In this document: one piece after another, positions 29,655-43,050 of the stretch | Layout: the number at the start of each line of letters is the position of its first letter | How positions within the stretch are numbered: the stretch's first letter is position 1 | Assembly: GCA_046094825.1 (NCBI GenBank) | Contig: JBJTIF010000006.1 | Coordinates: forward strand, 1 to 60,074 | Length of the DNA stretch: 60,074 nucleotides | DNA from: Actinomycetota bacterium | Lineage (GTDB): Bacteria; Actinomycetota; UBA4738; HRBIN12 | Direction: 5' to 3' | The notes under the pieces: generated by a model | The model's input: only the letters and a program-made list of their open reading frames with translations | The model's database searches: none | What the model was told of the DNA's origin: nothing | Position numbers and translations under genes: made by a program

Positions 29655-31090
29655 CGGATCACCGAGGCGGCGCGGACGATGTCGAGGACCGGGCCCGGGA
29701 GCACTCCGAGGGCGACCGTCACGAATGCGGTGGCGGCGACGGCCGCGCGGAGCGCGGGCGTCGCCGCCGGGGACGCGGAGGCCTCGTCGGGTTCCTCCAT
29801 GTACATCCGGACGAGGACGCGGAGGTAGAAGAACGCCGACGCGACGCTCGCGAGGACGCCGACGAGGACCAGCCAGATCATCCCCGCGTCGACGGCCGCG
29901 CGGAACACCTGGAGCTTCGCGACGAACCCGGCCATCGGCGGGATCCCCGCCATCGACAGGAGGAACACCGTGAGGAGCGCGGCGAGGAGCGGATCGCGAC
30001 GGGCCAGCCCGCGGAACGCCGCGAGATCGCTGCGCTCCTCGGAACGCCCCTGGACGAGGAGGACGACGCCGAACGCCCCGAGGACCATCCCCGCGTACGC
30101 GACGAGGTAGAAGAGGGCCGCGGACATGCCCGTCTGGCCGGTCGCGACGAGGCCGGTGAGGATGAAGCCCGCGTGCGCGACGCTCGAGTACGCGAGCATG
30201 CGCTTCACGTCGGTCTGGGCGATCGCGAGGACCGATCCCACGACGATGGAGAGCGCCGCGATCCCGGCCACGATCGGCGTCCAGTCCCACGCGAGCGGCT
30301 GCAGGCCGACGTGGAACGTCCGCGCGAGGGCGGCGAACGCGGCGACCTTCGTGCCGGCGGCCATGAACGCGGTCACGGGCGTCGGCGCGCCCTCGTACAC
30401 GTCCGGCGTCCACATGTGGAACGGCGCCGCGCCGACCTTGAACGCGAACCCCACGGCGAGGAGCAGCACGGCGAGGAGTCCGAGGGCGCGGACCCCGGCG
30501 TCGCCGCCGGAGATCGCGGCGGCGACGCCGGCGAGTCGCGTGGTCCCCGCGGCGCCGTAGGCCATCGCGACGCCGAAGAGGAAGAACGCGGAGGAGAACG
30601 ACCCGAGGAGGAAGTACTTCAGGGCCGCCTCCGAGGCGCCGAGCCGCGCACCGAGTCCGGTGAGCACGTAGAGCGCGAGCGAGAGGATCTCGAGCGCGAG
30701 GAAGACGACGATGAGGTCGGTCGCCGACCCGATGAGCGTCATCCCGAACGTCGCGAACAGGACGAGCGCGCCGAACTCCGGTCGCAGGCGCTCCCCCTCC
30801 TGGTGGTGCGCGAACGCGAGCCCGAGCCCCGCGGCGGCGAGCACGACGAGCCGGACGACGATGCCGAATCGGTCCGACGCGACCGCGCCCGCGAGCACCG
30901 CCCCGCCGTCGGCGCCGTCCCAGCGCAGGACCGCGACCCCGGCCGCGAGCGCGAGACCGACCCCGGCGGCGCCGACGAGCGCGCCGCTCGAGGGACGTCG
31001 CGGCAGGACGCCCGCGATGAGGACCCCGATCGCGAACGCGAGGAGCACGAGTTCGGGAGCGATCGGCCCGAGCGCGATCGAGGGCGTCAC
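29648..31090 (-). CDS. nuoN: NADH-quinone oxidoreductase subunit N, operon 1
   Basis: GTG at 31090 (GTGA overlap with the nuoM stop). 480 aa with FHMWTPDVYEGAPTPVTAFM and MLAYSSVAHAGFIL. Confidence 0.9.
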   Translation of the reverse strand: MTPSIALGPIAPELVLLAFAIGVLIAGVLPRRPSSGALVGAAGVGLALAAGVAVLRWDGADGGAVLAGAVASDRFGIVVRLVVLAAAGLGLAFAHHQEGERLRPEFGALVLFATFGMTLIGSATDLIVVFLALEILSLALYVLTGLGARLGASEAALKYFLLGSFSSAFFLFGVAMAYGAAGTTRLAGVAAAISGGDAGVRALGLLAVLLLAVGFAFKVGAAPFHMWTPDVYEGAPTPVTAFMAAGTKVAAFAALARTFHVGLQPLAWDWTPIVAGIAALSIVVGSVLAIAQTDVKRMLAYSSVAHAGFILTGLVATGQTGMSAALFYLVAYAGMVLGAFGVVLLVQGRSEERSDLAAFRGLARRDPLLAALLTVFLLSMAGIPPMAGFVAKLQVFRAAVDAGMIWLVLVGVLASVASAFFYLRVLVRMYMEEPDEASASPAATPALRAAVAATAFVTVALGVLPGPVLDIVRAASVIRW

Positions 31091-32595
31091 GGCGTCGCCT
31101 CCCCCGCGAGCGCCGCGACGGGGGCCTCCTCCGTGACCCGCTCGACGACGGCCGCCGAGGTCGGCGCGATCCGCTCGAGCAGGGGCTTCGGGTACACGCC
31201 GAAGACGAGGAGGAGCGCGAGCACCGGCGCGAGGAGCGCCGCCTCGCGCACGGAGAGGTCGGGATGCGCGGCCTGGCCCACGGGCGGCTCGCCCTGCGCC
31301 ATCCGCTGGTAGGCCCACAGCAGGTAGATCGCCGCGAGGACGACCCCGGCGGCGGCGAGCGCTCCGAGGAGACGGTTCGTCGCGAGCGTGCCGACGATGA
31401 CGAGGAACTCCCCGACGAAGTTGTTCAGCCCGGGCAGGCCGAGGGACGAGAGCGACGCGACGAGGAAAGCCGCGGACAGGAGCGGCATCGTCGTCGCCGT
31501 CCCGCCGAGCTCGCCGAGTTCCCGCGTGTGCGTCCGCTCGTACACCATGCCGACGAGGAGGAAGAGCGCGCCCGTCGACAGGCCGTGGTTCACCATCTGG
31601 AGCACGCCGCCCGTCATCCCCTGTTCGGTGAACGCGAAGACGCCGAGCACGACGAACCCGAGGTGCGAGACGGACGAGTACGCGATGAGGCGCTTGAGAT
31701 CGGTCTGCGCGATGGCGACGACCGCCCCGTAGAGGATCCCGATGACCGCGAGCACCTGGATCGCGGTCCCGAACGCCCGGGAGGCCTCGGGGAACAGCGC
31801 GAGGTTGAAGCGGATCAGGCCGTAGCCGCCGAGCTTCAGGAGGATCGCGGCGAGGACGACCGACCCGGCGGTCGGCGCCTCCGTGTGCGCGTCGGGGAGC
31901 CACGTGTGGAGCGGAAAGAGCGGCACCTTCACCGCGAACGCGACGAAGAAGCCCACGAAGAGCCAGCGGGCGGTCGCCGTCGGGAGGTCGAGCGTGGCGA
32001 GGTCGCGGACGTCGAACGACGGCCCGCCAGGGAGCGCTCCCGAGTGCTGGTAGAGCACGAGGATCGACGCGAGGAGGAACGCCGAGCCGAACATCGTGTA
32101 GAGGAAGAACTTCACGGCCGCGTACACGCGACGGCCGTAGCCCCACACGCCGATGAGGAGGTACATCGGGAACAGGAGTGCCTCGAAGAAGAGGAAGAAC
32201 AGGAGGAGGTCGAGCGCGAGGAACGCCCCGATGCACGCGGTCTCGAGCAGGAGCAGCGCGGCGAGGAAGAGCGGCACGCGCGTCGCCACCTTCCATGAGG
32301 CGAGGATCGCGATCGGCGTGAGGAACGTCGTGAGCGCGACGAGGAAGATGCTCACCCCGTCCACCCCGAGGAGGTACTGCACGCGGGGCGAGGAGATCCA
32401 CGTCGCGCGCTCGACGAGCTGGAAGCCGTCGACGGCCGGGTCGAAGCGGCCGAGGAGCCCGAGGGAAGCGAGGAAGGCGAGGAGCGACGCGCCGAGCGCC
32501 ACCCACCGTGCCACGTCGTCCGGGATCCGGCGCCACGCGAGGAGGACGGGGACGCCGAGGAGCGGCAGGAACGTCACGAGCGTGAGCCACCTCAC
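31087..32595 (-). CDS. nuoM: NADH-quinone oxidoreductase subunit M, operon 1
   Basis: GTG at 32595 (GTGA overlap with the nuoL stop). 502 aa with VKVPLFPLHTWLPDAHTEAPT and LIAYSSVSHLGFV. Confidence 0.9.
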   Translation of the reverse strand: MRWLTLVTFLPLLGVPVLLAWRRIPDDVARWVALGASLLAFLASLGLLGRFDPAVDGFQLVERATWISSPRVQYLLGVDGVSIFLVALTTFLTPIAILASWKVATRVPLFLAALLLLETACIGAFLALDLLLFFLFFEALLFPMYLLIGVWGYGRRVYAAVKFFLYTMFGSAFLLASILVLYQHSGALPGGPSFDVRDLATLDLPTATARWLFVGFFVAFAVKVPLFPLHTWLPDAHTEAPTAGSVVLAAILLKLGGYGLIRFNLALFPEASRAFGTAIQVLAVIGILYGAVVAIAQTDLKRLIAYSSVSHLGFVVLGVFAFTEQGMTGGVLQMVNHGLSTGALFLLVGMVYERTHTRELGELGGTATTMPLLSAAFLVASLSSLGLPGLNNFVGEFLVIVGTLATNRLLGALAAAGVVLAAIYLLWAYQRMAQGEPPVGQAAHPDLSVREAALLAPVLALLLVFGVYPKPLLERIAPTSAAVVERVTEEAPVAALAGEATP

Positions 32596-34475
32596 GTGAG
32601 CCGCACCCCCACGTAGATGCCGAGGACGACCGCTCCGAGGAGGACCGCGAGCGCGTACGAGCGGACGAACCCGGTCTGGAGGCGGCGGCCGCGCTCCGCG
32701 AGGTCGGCGACGACCGCGCCCGTCCCATCGACGATCCGATCGACGATGCCGCGATCGATCGCACGGGCGGAGAACCGCGCGACGGCGGTCGACGGCGCGA
32801 CGACGAAGCGCGCGTAGGCGCGGTCGACGTACCCACCGGCCTCGAGGAACCGGTGGAACGGTGCGTTGCGCTCGCGCCGGGCGAGCCAGTCGACCCGTCC
32901 GGATCCGTAGACCCACCACGCGGCCGCGAGTCCGGCGCTCGCCACGACGAGGGAGATGAGCGTGAGCCCGAGCTCGGAGATCCCGTGCTCCGCCGCCTCG
33001 GCGACCTCGCCGAGGGACGGTGCGAGGAACCGCGCGAGGAGGCCCTCGCGGGCCGTGAGACCGAGGAGGCCCCCCGCGGCCGACAGGACCGCGAGGACGA
33101 CGAGCGGCGCGGTCATGATCGCCGGCGACTCGTGGACCGGCGTGTCCGAGCGACGGCCCCCGGCGAAGGCGAGGGTCACGAGCCGCACGATGTAGAGCGC
33201 GGAGAGGAAGGCCCCCACGAGCCCGAGGACCCAGACGCCCGGCTGTCCGGCCTCGAAGGCCGCCGCGATGACCTGATCCTTGCTGAAGAACCCGGCGAAC
33301 GGCGGGAGGCCGGCGAGCGCGAGCGCACCGACGACCATCACGCTCGAGGTCACCGGTAGGAGGCCGCGGAGACCACCCATGCGCTTCACATCCGTCTCGT
33401 CGTGCATCGCGTGCATCACCGAGCCCGCCGAGAGGAACAGGAGCGCCTTGTAGAACGCGTGCGTGACGAGGAGGAAGATCGCCGCCGCGTAGGCCCGCAG
33501 GCCGAGGGCGAGGAACATGAACCCGAGCTGGCTGATCGTCGAGTACGCGAGCACGCGCTTGCTGTCGTCCTGGCCGAGCGCGGCGACCGCCGCGTAGAGC
33601 GCGGTGATGAGCCCGACGACGAGCACGACGGTGAGCGCGACGCCCGATGCCTCGAAGAGGACGTGCGTCCGGGCGACGAGGTAGACGCCCGCCGTCACCA
33701 TCGTCGCGGCGTGGATGAGCGCGGAGACCGGCGTCGGTCCCTCCATCGCGTCGGGCAGCCAGACGTGGAGGGGGACCTGGGCGGACTTCCCGATCGCCCC
33801 GCCGAACAGCAGGAGCGCGATCGCCGTGAGCGTCCCCGTCGGGACCGCGCCGTAGGTCGCCGGGTCGAGGATGGTCGTGAGGTCGAGGGACCCGAGCTGC
33901 AGGAACGCGAGGGCGATCCCGAGCATGAGGAAGGTGTCGCCGACGCGGGTCGTGACGAACGCCTTCTTCGCGGCCTCCGCGGCGCGGTGGCGCTCGAACC
34001 AGAAGCCGATGAGGAGGTACGAGCAGAGGCCGACGCCCTCCCACCCGAGGTAGAGGAGGAGGAGGTTCTCCGCGAGGACGAGGACGAGCATGAACCCGAC
34101 GAAGAGGTTCAGGTACGCGAAGAAGCGGGAGAAGCGGGGATCGCCCTCCATGTAGCCGATCGCGTAGACGTGGATCAGGCTGCCGACGCCGGTGACGACG
34201 AGGAGCATCGTGGCGGCGAGCGGGTCGAGCCGAAGGTCGACGCCGACCCGCAGTCCCCCGACCGCGATCCACTCGAAGACGCGCGCGACGAGGATCCGCT
34301 CCTCGGCCGGTCGCGCGACGAGGTCGAGGAGCGCGCCGACGGACAGGGCGAAGGACGCCGCCATGACCGCGACCGCGAGCCACCCCGCGCCGCGCCCGAA
34401 CCGACGCCCCGCGGCGAAGTTCACGGCGCCACCGAGGAACGGCAGGAGCGGTACGAGCCACAGGAGGTCGGTCAC
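32592..34475 (-). CDS. nuoL: NADH-quinone oxidoreductase subunit L, operon 1
   Basis: 627 aa with WEGVGLCSYLLIGFWF and [24 protein letters not shown], plus a C-terminal lateral-helix region. Confidence 0.9.
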   Translation of the reverse strand: MTDLLWLVPLLPFLGGAVNFAAGRRFGRGAGWLAVAVMAASFALSVGALLDLVARPAEERILVARVFEWIAVGGLRVGVDLRLDPLAATMLLVVTGVGSLIHVYAIGYMEGDPRFSRFFAYLNLFVGFMLVLVLAENLLLLYLGWEGVGLCSYLLIGFWFERHRAAEAAKKAFVTTRVGDTFLMLGIALAFLQLGSLDLTTILDPATYGAVPTGTLTAIALLLFGGAIGKSAQVPLHVWLPDAMEGPTPVSALIHAATMVTAGVYLVARTHVLFEASGVALTVVLVVGLITALYAAVAALGQDDSKRVLAYSTISQLGFMFLALGLRAYAAAIFLLVTHAFYKALLFLSAGSVMHAMHDETDVKRMGGLRGLLPVTSSVMVVGALALAGLPPFAGFFSKDQVIAAAFEAGQPGVWVLGLVGAFLSALYIVRLVTLAFAGGRRSDTPVHESPAIMTAPLVVLAVLSAAGGLLGLTAREGLLARFLAPSLGEVAEAAEHGISELGLTLISLVVASAGLAAAWWVYGSGRVDWLARRERNAPFHRFLEAGGYVDRAYARFVVAPSTAVARFSARAIDRGIVDRIVDGTGAVVADLAERGRRLQTGFVRSYALAVLLGAVVLGIYVGVRLT

Positions 34476-34479
34476 CGCG

Positions 34480-34785
34480 TCACCACCGCAGCAGCGCAGC
34501 GTCGTCGACGTCGGCGGAGCGCCGCCGCCGGTACACGGAGACGATGATCGCGAGCCCGACGACGACCTCGGCGGCCGCCACCACCATCGAGAAGAACGCG
34601 AGGACCTGGCCGGTGAGGTTCCCGTGCATCCGGGAGAACGTCACGAGCGCGAGGTTCACGGCGTTCAGCTGGAGCTCGATCGACATGAACATGAGGAGCG
34701 CGTTGCGCCGCAGCAGGACGCCCAGGGAGCCGACGGCGAACAGCGCAGCGGAGACGACGAGGAAGTACGCGATCGGCGTCCTCAC
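34480..34785 (-). CDS. nuoK: NADH-quinone oxidoreductase subunit K, operon 1
   Basis: 101 aa with [17 protein letters not shown] and 3 TM. Confidence 0.9.
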   Translation of the reverse strand: MRTPIAYFLVVSAALFAVGSLGVLLRRNALLMFMSIELQLNAVNLALVTFSRMHGNLTGQVLAFFSMVVAAAEVVVGLAIIVSVYRRRRSADVDDAALLRW

Positions 34786-35327
34786 GGGGCCGCGCCCTCC
34801 CCTCCGACCGACGTCGCGGGCTCCCGCCGCGCGAGGACCATCGCGGCGATCGCCGCGACGATGAGGAGCACGGACGTCACCTCGAAGGGGAAGAAGTACG
34901 ACCGGAAGAGCACGTCGGAGAGCGCCTGTGGGTTGCCCCCCTCGTTCGCGGCGAACTCCGCCGGGACGCGCGTCGCGAACCCGACACCGGCACGGATCGC
35001 GAGGACGAGCTCCGCGACGAACCCGACGCCGAGGAGGAGCGCGATCGGGCGTTGCCCTCGGAGGCGCTCGACGAGCGACTCGTGGCGATCGACGCCGAGG
35101 AGCATGATCACAAAGAGGAAGAGCACCATGATCGCCCCCGCGTACACGATGATCTGCACCGCGAAGAGGAACGGCGCGCCGAGCACGAGGTAGAAGACGG
35201 CGATCGTGAAGAAGTTCACGACGAGGAAGAGCGCGGCGTGGACCGCGTTGCGCTGGACGAGCATCGCGATCGCCGAACCGATCGAGATCGGCGCGAAGAC
35301 CCAGAACACGAGGTTGTCGAGCGGCAC
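34782..35327 (-). CDS. nuoJ: NADH-quinone oxidoreductase subunit J, operon 1
   Basis: 181 aa with [28 protein letters not shown]. Confidence 0.9.
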   Translation of the reverse strand: MPLDNLVFWVFAPISIGSAIAMLVQRNAVHAALFLVVNFFTIAVFYLVLGAPFLFAVQIIVYAGAIMVLFLFVIMLLGVDRHESLVERLRGQRPIALLLGVGFVAELVLAIRAGVGFATRVPAEFAANEGGNPQALSDVLFRSYFFPFEVTSVLLIVAAIAAMVLARREPATSVGGEGAAP

Positions 35328-35328
35328 C

Positions 35329-35811
35329 TCAGGCCTCCCCGGTGCCCGGCGCGGTCCCGAGCGGCAGCGGCGGCTCGAGGAGCTCCGCCTTCGTGAGGAT
35401 CGCCTCGGTGCGTTCGCGGTACGCCATCTCGTAGACGCTCGTCATCGTGAGCGCCCGCGTCGGACAGGCCTCGACGCAGAAGCCGCACATGATGCAGCGC
35501 AGGTAGTTGATCTGGTAGTCCTTCGCGTACCGCTCGCCCGGCGACACCGGCGCCGCCGGATCGTTGTCGGCACCCTCGACCCAGATCGCATCCGCGGGGC
35601 ACGCGTACGCGCAGAGCTCGCACCCGATGCACTTCTCGAGCCCGTCGGGGTGGCGGTTCAGGAGGTGCCGCCCGATGTGCGACCGGGGCGGCGGCGGGAC
35701 GATCTCGTCCGGGTAGCGCTCGGTGACGTCGGGACGGAACACGTGCCGGAACACCGTCGCCATCCCCCGCAGGAGCGCGAGGACCGGACCCGTCGGGAGG
35801 GCTTCGCTCAT
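35329..35811 (-). CDS. nuoI: NADH-quinone oxidoreductase subunit I, operon 1
   Basis: ATG at 35811 (ATGA overlap with the nuoH stop). 160 aa with [12 protein letters not shown] and [12 protein letters not shown]. Confidence 0.9.
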   Translation of the reverse strand: MSEALPTGPVLALLRGMATVFRHVFRPDVTERYPDEIVPPPPRSHIGRHLLNRHPDGLEKCIGCELCAYACPADAIWVEGADNDPAAPVSPGERYAKDYQINYLRCIMCGFCVEACPTRALTMTSVYEMAYRERTEAILTKAELLEPPLPLGTAPGTGEA

Positions 35812-36923
35812 CGGGCCACCTCCTCCGGCTTGCGGGAGACCGCGGGCGCGACGAGCGAGAGCAGCAGGACGATCCCGAGGAGCACGGCGGCACCGATGAT
35901 GACCGTCTGCCGATCGAAGACGTCGGGCAGGACCACGACGGCTCCGGTCGCGAGGACCCAGAGGAGCCCCGCCGGGATCATGAGCTTCCAGCCGAAGGCC
36001 ATGAGGCGGTCGTAGCGCATCCGCGGGAGCGTCGCGCGGACGAGCACGTAGAGGTAGATGACGGCGAGGATCTTCCCGACGAACCAGAGCACGGGCCAGA
36101 GCCACGGGAGGACGTCGGGCGCCGGGCCGTTCCACCCGCCGAGGAACAGCGTCGTCGCCACGGCGGCCACGGTCACCGTCGCGACGTACTCGCCGAGGTA
36201 GAACATCGCGAACCGCATCCCGCTGTACTCCGTGTGGAACCCGGCGACGAGCTCGGACTCCGCCTCCGCGAGGTCGAAGGGCGGGCGGTTCGTCTCGGCG
36301 AGCCCCGCGACGAGGTACGCGACGAAGGCCGGGAACTGCGGGATCACGTTCCACAGGCGCTCCTGCGACGCGACGATGTCGGAGAGCCGAAGCGACCCCG
36401 TGAACATCACGACTGCCACGATCGCGAGACCCATGCCGACCTCGTAGGAGATCATCTGCGCCGTCGAGCGGACGCCGCCGAGGAGCGGGTAGTTCGATCC
36501 GCTCGCCCACCCCGCGAGGACCACGCCGTAGACGCTCAGCGACGCCATCGCGAGCACCCAGAGGATGCCGACGTCGAGATCGGCGAGCTGGAGGGTGACC
36601 TCGCGACCGAAGAGCGTGATCGGCGCGCCGAAGGGGATCACGGCGACCGCGAGGAACGACGGGAGCATCGCGAGGACCGGCGCGATGCGGAACGTCCAGG
36701 GGTCGGCGGTCGACGGCATGACGCCCTCCTTGAAGAAGAGCTTCAGCCCGTCGGCGAGCGTGATGAGGATGCCGCGGGGGCCCGCGCGGAGCGGCCCCGG
36801 GCGCTGCTGCATGTCGGCGATCGTCTTGCGCTCCATCCAGATGAGGACGACGACGAGGAGCAGGAGGGCCACGAACACGACGACGACCTTGCCGACGAGG
36901 AGCGCCCAGTCGAGGAGGTCCAT
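35808..36923 (-). CDS. nuoH: NADH-quinone oxidoreductase subunit H, operon 1
   Basis: 371 aa with [28 protein letters not shown] and FYLGEY motifs. Confidence 0.9.
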   Translation of the reverse strand: MDLLDWALLVGKVVVVFVALLLLVVVLIWMERKTIADMQQRPGPLRAGPRGILITLADGLKLFFKEGVMPSTADPWTFRIAPVLAMLPSFLAVAVIPFGAPITLFGREVTLQLADLDVGILWVLAMASLSVYGVVLAGWASGSNYPLLGGVRSTAQMISYEVGMGLAIVAVVMFTGSLRLSDIVASQERLWNVIPQFPAFVAYLVAGLAETNRPPFDLAEAESELVAGFHTEYSGMRFAMFYLGEYVATVTVAAVATTLFLGGWNGPAPDVLPWLWPVLWFVGKILAVIYLYVLVRATLPRMRYDRLMAFGWKLMIPAGLLWVLATGAVVVLPDVFDRQTVIIGAAVLLGIVLLLSLVAPAVSRKPEEVAR

Positions 36924-39321
36924 CAGCCCTCCCCGCCGACGGTCGCGGCGACCGGCGCCGCGACGGGTGCGATCGTCGCCACGGTGACGAGGCCGCCGGA
37001 CAGGAGCGCGTTCGCGCGGAGTCCGGGGTTGTTGAACGGGACGAAGGCGACGCCCGCGGCGAGGTGGGGCGACACGCGGACGGGGAGCTCGGCCTCGCCG
37101 GCCTCGGTCGCGACGCGCGCCGACGCGCCCGCCTCGAGCCCGAGCCGCACGGCGTCCGCCGGGCCGATCTCGAGGAGCGCCGGCTCCCCGAGCGCGGCGT
37201 GGAGCTCGTCCGCTCCGGCGGCGAGCCGCCCGGCGTCGACGAGGAGCGGGTACGTGCAGAGCACGACGCCGTCCGCGGGCGCGACGGGCGCCGTCTCGGG
37301 CGAGGGCGGCGGCGCGGGGACGTCCGGTGCCCCGAGCGGGGCGAGGAGGTCGCCGAGCTCCGCGCGGAGCCCGTCGAGGTCATCCCAGCCGAGGTCGGCA
37401 CCGACCGCGCGCGCGAGCTCGGTCGCGAGCTGCCAGTCCGGGCGGGCGAGGAGGGGCGCCCCGCGGAGCGCGCGGATCCGCTGGCCGCGACCCTCCCAGT
37501 CCGTCACGTGCCCGTCCTGCTCGAGGAACGCGGCGGCCGGAAGCGCGACGTCGACGTAGGGCTCGAGGTCGCCGAGTTCGAGGGACTGGACGACGACGAA
37601 GGGGACGTTCTCGAGCGCGCGGCGCGCGAGGTCGGCGTCCGGGAGGTCGGTGAGGGGGTCGATCCCGATGCAGAAGAGCGCGTCGAGCTCGCGCGCAGCG
37701 CACGCCTCGAGGATCGCGCGCGCGTCGCGGCCGGGGACGATGCCATCGAGATCGCCCCAGCGCGCGACGACGGCGGCCGCGGCGTCCGATCCGAGCGGGC
37801 GGCCGCCGGGCAGGAGCGCGGGGTGGACGCCCGCGCGGAGCGCGCCTCGGTCGTTGGCGCGGCGAGGGACGAGCGCGAACCGCGCGCCGGTCGCGCGCGC
37901 GAAGGCGAGCGCGAGGTCCTGCGCGGCGGGATCGAGGCGCTCGCCGACGAGGATGACGGCCGCATCGCCCGCGTCGCGGATCGCGCCGGCCACGGCGTCG
38001 AGGTCCGGCGATCCCGCCGTCCGCCCCGCGACCGCCGCCGCGAGGAACGCCCCCTCCGCGCCCGGCGCGAGGAGCACGTGGTCGGCGACGTCGTGGAGGC
38101 GCGTCCGACGGGGATGGACGACCGCGATCCCCGCGCCGGACCGCGCGGCCTTGCGCAACCGCAGGTGGAGGATCGGCGACTCCTGCTCGGCGTCGAGGCC
38201 GAGGACGAGGATCGCACGCGCAGCCTCGACGTCCGCGTACGTCGTCGCCATCGGATCGGCCGCGACGGTGCGCTCCGCGGCGGGTCCCCCGGGCAGCCGG
38301 CGGTGGTCGACGTCGTGCGTCCGGTACGCGACGCGGGCGAGCTTCGCGACGGCGTACGCGCCCTCGTCCGTGAGCCGACCGCCGACGAGGAAGGCCACGC
38401 GGCGGCCCCGCGTCGCTGCGGCGATCGCGCCGAGCGCCTCCTCGTACGCCACGGGCTCGAGGCCGCGGTCGCGCAGGAGCGGCGTCGAGAGCCGGTCGGA
38501 CGCGTCGGGGAACCGGAACGCGTACCGCCCCTTGTCGCAGAGCCAGGCATCGTTCACGTCACCGTTGTCGCGCGCGAGGTGGCGGACGACCTCGCCGCGG
38601 CGGAGGTCCACGCGGAGGTTGCAGCCGCTCGCGCAGTGGGGGCAGATGGAGTCGCCGACCTCGAGGTCGAAGGGTCGGGCCGCGAAGCGGTACGACGTCG
38701 ACGTGAGCGCGCCGACCGGGCAGATCTGCACCGTGTTGCCCGAGAACGGCGACCGGAGGTCCTCGCCCGCGGCTATCCCGACCTGCTCGGCGGCCCCGCG
38801 CTCGAAGAGCTCGAGGAACCGGTCCCCGGAGATCTGATCGCAGAATCGCGTGCATCGCGTGCACAGGACGCAGCGCTCGCGGTCGAGTCCGACGAGCGGC
38901 GAGAGCGGGATGGGCTTGCGGTACGTGCGCTTGGGCTCCGTGTAGCGGCTCTCGCCCGGGCCGAAGGCCATCGCTTGGTCCTGGAGCGGACACTCGCCGC
39001 CGCGGTCGCAGATCGGACAGTCGAGGGGGTGGTTCAGCAGGAGGAACTCGAGGTTCGCGACCTGCGCCGTCTGCGCCTCCGGGGATGCGTTCTGCGTCCG
39101 GACGACCATGCCCGCGGCGACCGGCGTCGTGCACGACGTGATGAGCTTGCGCTGCCCTTCGACCTCGACGTAGCACTGCCGGCAGGCGCCGATCGGCTCG
39201 AGGAGCGGGTGCTCGCAGAACCGCGGGATCTCGATCCCGATCTGCTCGGCCGCGCGGATGATGAGCGTCCCGGCCGGAACCTCGACCTCGACGCCGTCGA
39301 TCGTGCAGCGGACGAGCTCGC

Positions 39322-39325
<4 letters not shown>
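36923..39325 (-). CDS. nuoG: NADH-quinone oxidoreductase subunit G
   Basis: GTG at 39325 (GTGA overlap with the nuoF stop). 800 aa with an N-terminal 2Fe-2S region (CRQC), [17 protein letters not shown] and [11 protein letters not shown], then a molybdopterin-oxidoreductase-like domain. Confidence 0.9.
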
Positions 39326-40670
<1,345 letters not shown>

Positions 40671-40671
<1 letters not shown>

Positions 40672-41291
40672 CAGTGCCCGCCTCCCGGACGGCGTGCCGG
40701 GGCCGCGACCGGCCGCGGCTCGGTCGCCACGCCACCCTCGAGCCCGGCGAGGATGCGTGACGCCGCGCGGAAGCCGCCCGGGGTGGTCCCGCGGGCCGCC
40801 GTGGGCACCTCGTCGCGACGGAGCCCCTCGAGGACGGTGAGGAGGTGCTCGCGCGTCACGCGGTCGAGGTTCGCGACGTTCACCTGGACGAGCGGGGCGG
40901 CGTCGCACGCCCCGAGGCACTCCTCCTCGACGACGGTCACCTTGCCGTCGGGGCTCGTGCCGGTCGCGTCGGCATCGATCGCCTCGAGCGCCGCCGCGTA
41001 GAGCTCGTTCGCGCCGCGGAGCGCGCAGGACAGGTTCGTGCACACGGCGACGAGGTGCTCGCCGGTCCGCCGGAGGCGGAGCATCGTGTAGAAGGAGGCG
41101 ACCGCCTGGACCTCCGCGGTCGTCGCGCCGACGAGGTCGGCGACCTCCCGCAGCCCATCGGGGGTGACGCGGCCCTCGACCGACTGCACGAGGTACAGGA
41201 GCGGCATGATCGCGCTCCGCTCGCGGCCCAGCGGGTAGCGGCCGCGGATGCGCTCCGCCTCGGCGCGATGCTCCTCCGTGAGGACGGCCAT
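40671..41291 (-). CDS. nuoE: NADH-quinone oxidoreductase subunit E
   Basis: ATG at 41291 (overlaps the nuoD stop). 206 aa with the 2Fe-2S ligand motifs VCTNLSC and ECLGACDAAP. Confidence 0.9.
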
Positions 41292-42559
41292 CAGCGATCC
41301 ACCCCGCCCATCACGGGATCGAGGCTCGCGATGCACGCGACGGCATCCGCGACGAGCCCTCCCTCGAGCATCGTCGGGATCGCCTGCAGGTTCACGAAGG
41401 ACGGCTCGCGGAGCCCGACGCGGTGGGGCCGCGGCGTGCCCGAGGACACGACGTAGGCGCCGAGCTCACCCCGCGGCGATTCGACCGGTAGGTAGACCTC
41501 GCCGGCCGGCACCGTGACGCCCTGCGTCACCATCTTGAAGTGGTGGATGAGCGCCTCCATGGATTCCTCCATGATGTGACGCACGTAGTCCGCGGAGTTG
41601 CCGATGCCATCGGGTCCGACCTCGAGGCGCGAAGGCCACGCGACCTTCGGGTCCGCGACCATGATCGGGCCCGGCTCGAGCCGGGCGACCGCCTGCCGGA
41701 CGATCCGCAGGGACTGGCGCATCTCCTCGATCCGGATGCGGTAGCGCGCGTAGCAGTCCGCCTCGGTCGCGGTCGGCACGTCGAACTCGAACGTCTCGTA
41801 GCCGAGGTAAGGCTCGTCGCGGCGCACGTCCTTCGCCAGCCCGGCGGACCGGAGCACCGGCCCGGTGATGCCGAGCGCGAGGCAGTCGTCGAGGGACAGG
41901 TAGCCGACATCGCGGTTGCGCTGGATCCAGATCGGGTTGTTCGTGAGGAGGGTCTCGTACTCGCCGATCCGCTCCTCGAGGATCCCGCACACGCCGAGGA
42001 TCTCCTCCTCGATCCCCTCGGGGAGATCCATCGGCAGCCCGCCGATCCGGATGAACGCGTGGTTCATCCGCAGGCCGGTGATCCGCTCGAAGAGATCGAG
42101 GACGAGCTCGCGCTCGCGGAAGCCGTAGAGCATCACGGAGACCGCGCCGAGCTCCATCCCGGCCGTCGCGAGCCCGACGAGGTGCGAGGACACGCGGTTC
42201 AGCTCGCACAGGAGCACGCGGATCGTCTGCGCTCGGGGCGGGGCCTCGATCCCGAGGAGCCGCTCGACCGCGAGCGAGTACGCGGTCTCGTTGAAGAACG
42301 GCGACAGGTAGTCCGCCCGCGTGAGGAACGCGACCGCCTGCTGCCACGTTCGGTACTCGGTGTTCTTCTCGATGCCCGTGTGGAGGTAGCCGATGATCGG
42401 CCGCGCCGACACGATCGTCTCCCCGTCGAGTTCGAGGAGGAGCCGCAGCACCCCGTGGGTCGAGGGGTGCTGCGGACCCATGTTGATGATCATCGTCTCC
42501 TCGCGCCGACCCTCCACGCGGAGCGCGTCGCCCTCGAGCGGCGGGACCGCGGCGCTCAC
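41291..42559 (-). CDS. nuoD: NADH-quinone oxidoreductase subunit D (49-kDa)
   Basis: GTG at 42559 (GTGA overlap with the nuoC stop). 422 aa with [16 protein letters not shown] near the N-terminus and a [12 protein letters not shown]-terminus. Confidence 0.9.
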   Translation of the reverse strand: MSAAVPPLEGDALRVEGRREETMIINMGPQHPSTHGVLRLLLELDGETIVSARPIIGYLHTGIEKNTEYRTWQQAVAFLTRADYLSPFFNETAYSLAVERLLGIEAPPRAQTIRVLLCELNRVSSHLVGLATAGMELGAVSVMLYGFRERELVLDLFERITGLRMNHAFIRIGGLPMDLPEGIEEEILGVCGILEERIGEYETLLTNNPIWIQRNRDVGYLSLDDCLALGITGPVLRSAGLAKDVRRDEPYLGYETFEFDVPTATEADCYARYRIRIEEMRQSLRIVRQAVARLEPGPIMVADPKVAWPSRLEVGPDGIGNSADYVRHIMEESMEALIHHFKMVTQGVTVPAGEVYLPVESPRGELGAYVVSSGTPRPHRVGLREPSFVNLQAIPTMLEGGLVADAVACIASLDPVMGGVDR

Positions 42560-43050
42560 CGGTTCCTCCGATCGACGGGCGGGATGAACGCGCCGCGGTA
42601 CGGGGTGTTCACGCCGCCGAGCTCCTCGGTCTTGCGGAGCGGGTGGCCCTCCCACCCGTCGGGCAGGAGGATGCGGCGGAGGTCGGGATGCCCCTCGAAC
42701 GTGATGCCGAAGAAGTCGTACGTCTCGCGCTCGTGCCAGTTCGCCGTCGGGAACCGATCGACGATCGAGGGGATGCGCGGGTCCTCGTCGGGGACGCCGA
42801 CCTTCACCCGGAGCCGGTGGTGGTGCGCGATCGACAGGAGCTCGTAGGCGACCCAGAACCGCGGCGTCGCGTCCGGCCAGTCGGTCGCGGTGACGTTCGC
42901 GAGGAACCCGAGGGCGAAGGGCTCCTCCGCGAGGAAGGCGAGCGCGTCGCGGAGGTCGTCGCGGTCGACGGTGAGGACGGCCTGCCCACGGGCGACGAGG
43001 ACGTCGGGGTAGCGCTCGGCGACCCGCGCGACGAGGTCCTCGGGGCTCAC
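42556..43050 (-). CDS. nuoC: NADH-quinone oxidoreductase subunit C, operon 1
   Basis: GTG at 43050 (GTGA overlap with the nuoB stop). 164 aa with [14 protein letters not shown] and PLRKT motifs. Confidence 0.9.
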   Translation of the reverse strand: MSPEDLVARVAERYPDVLVARGQAVLTVDRDDLRDALAFLAEEPFALGFLANVTATDWPDATPRFWVAYELLSIAHHHRLRVKVGVPDEDPRIPSIVDRFPTANWHERETYDFFGITFEGHPDLRRILLPDGWEGHPLRKTEELGGVNTPYRGAFIPPVDRRNR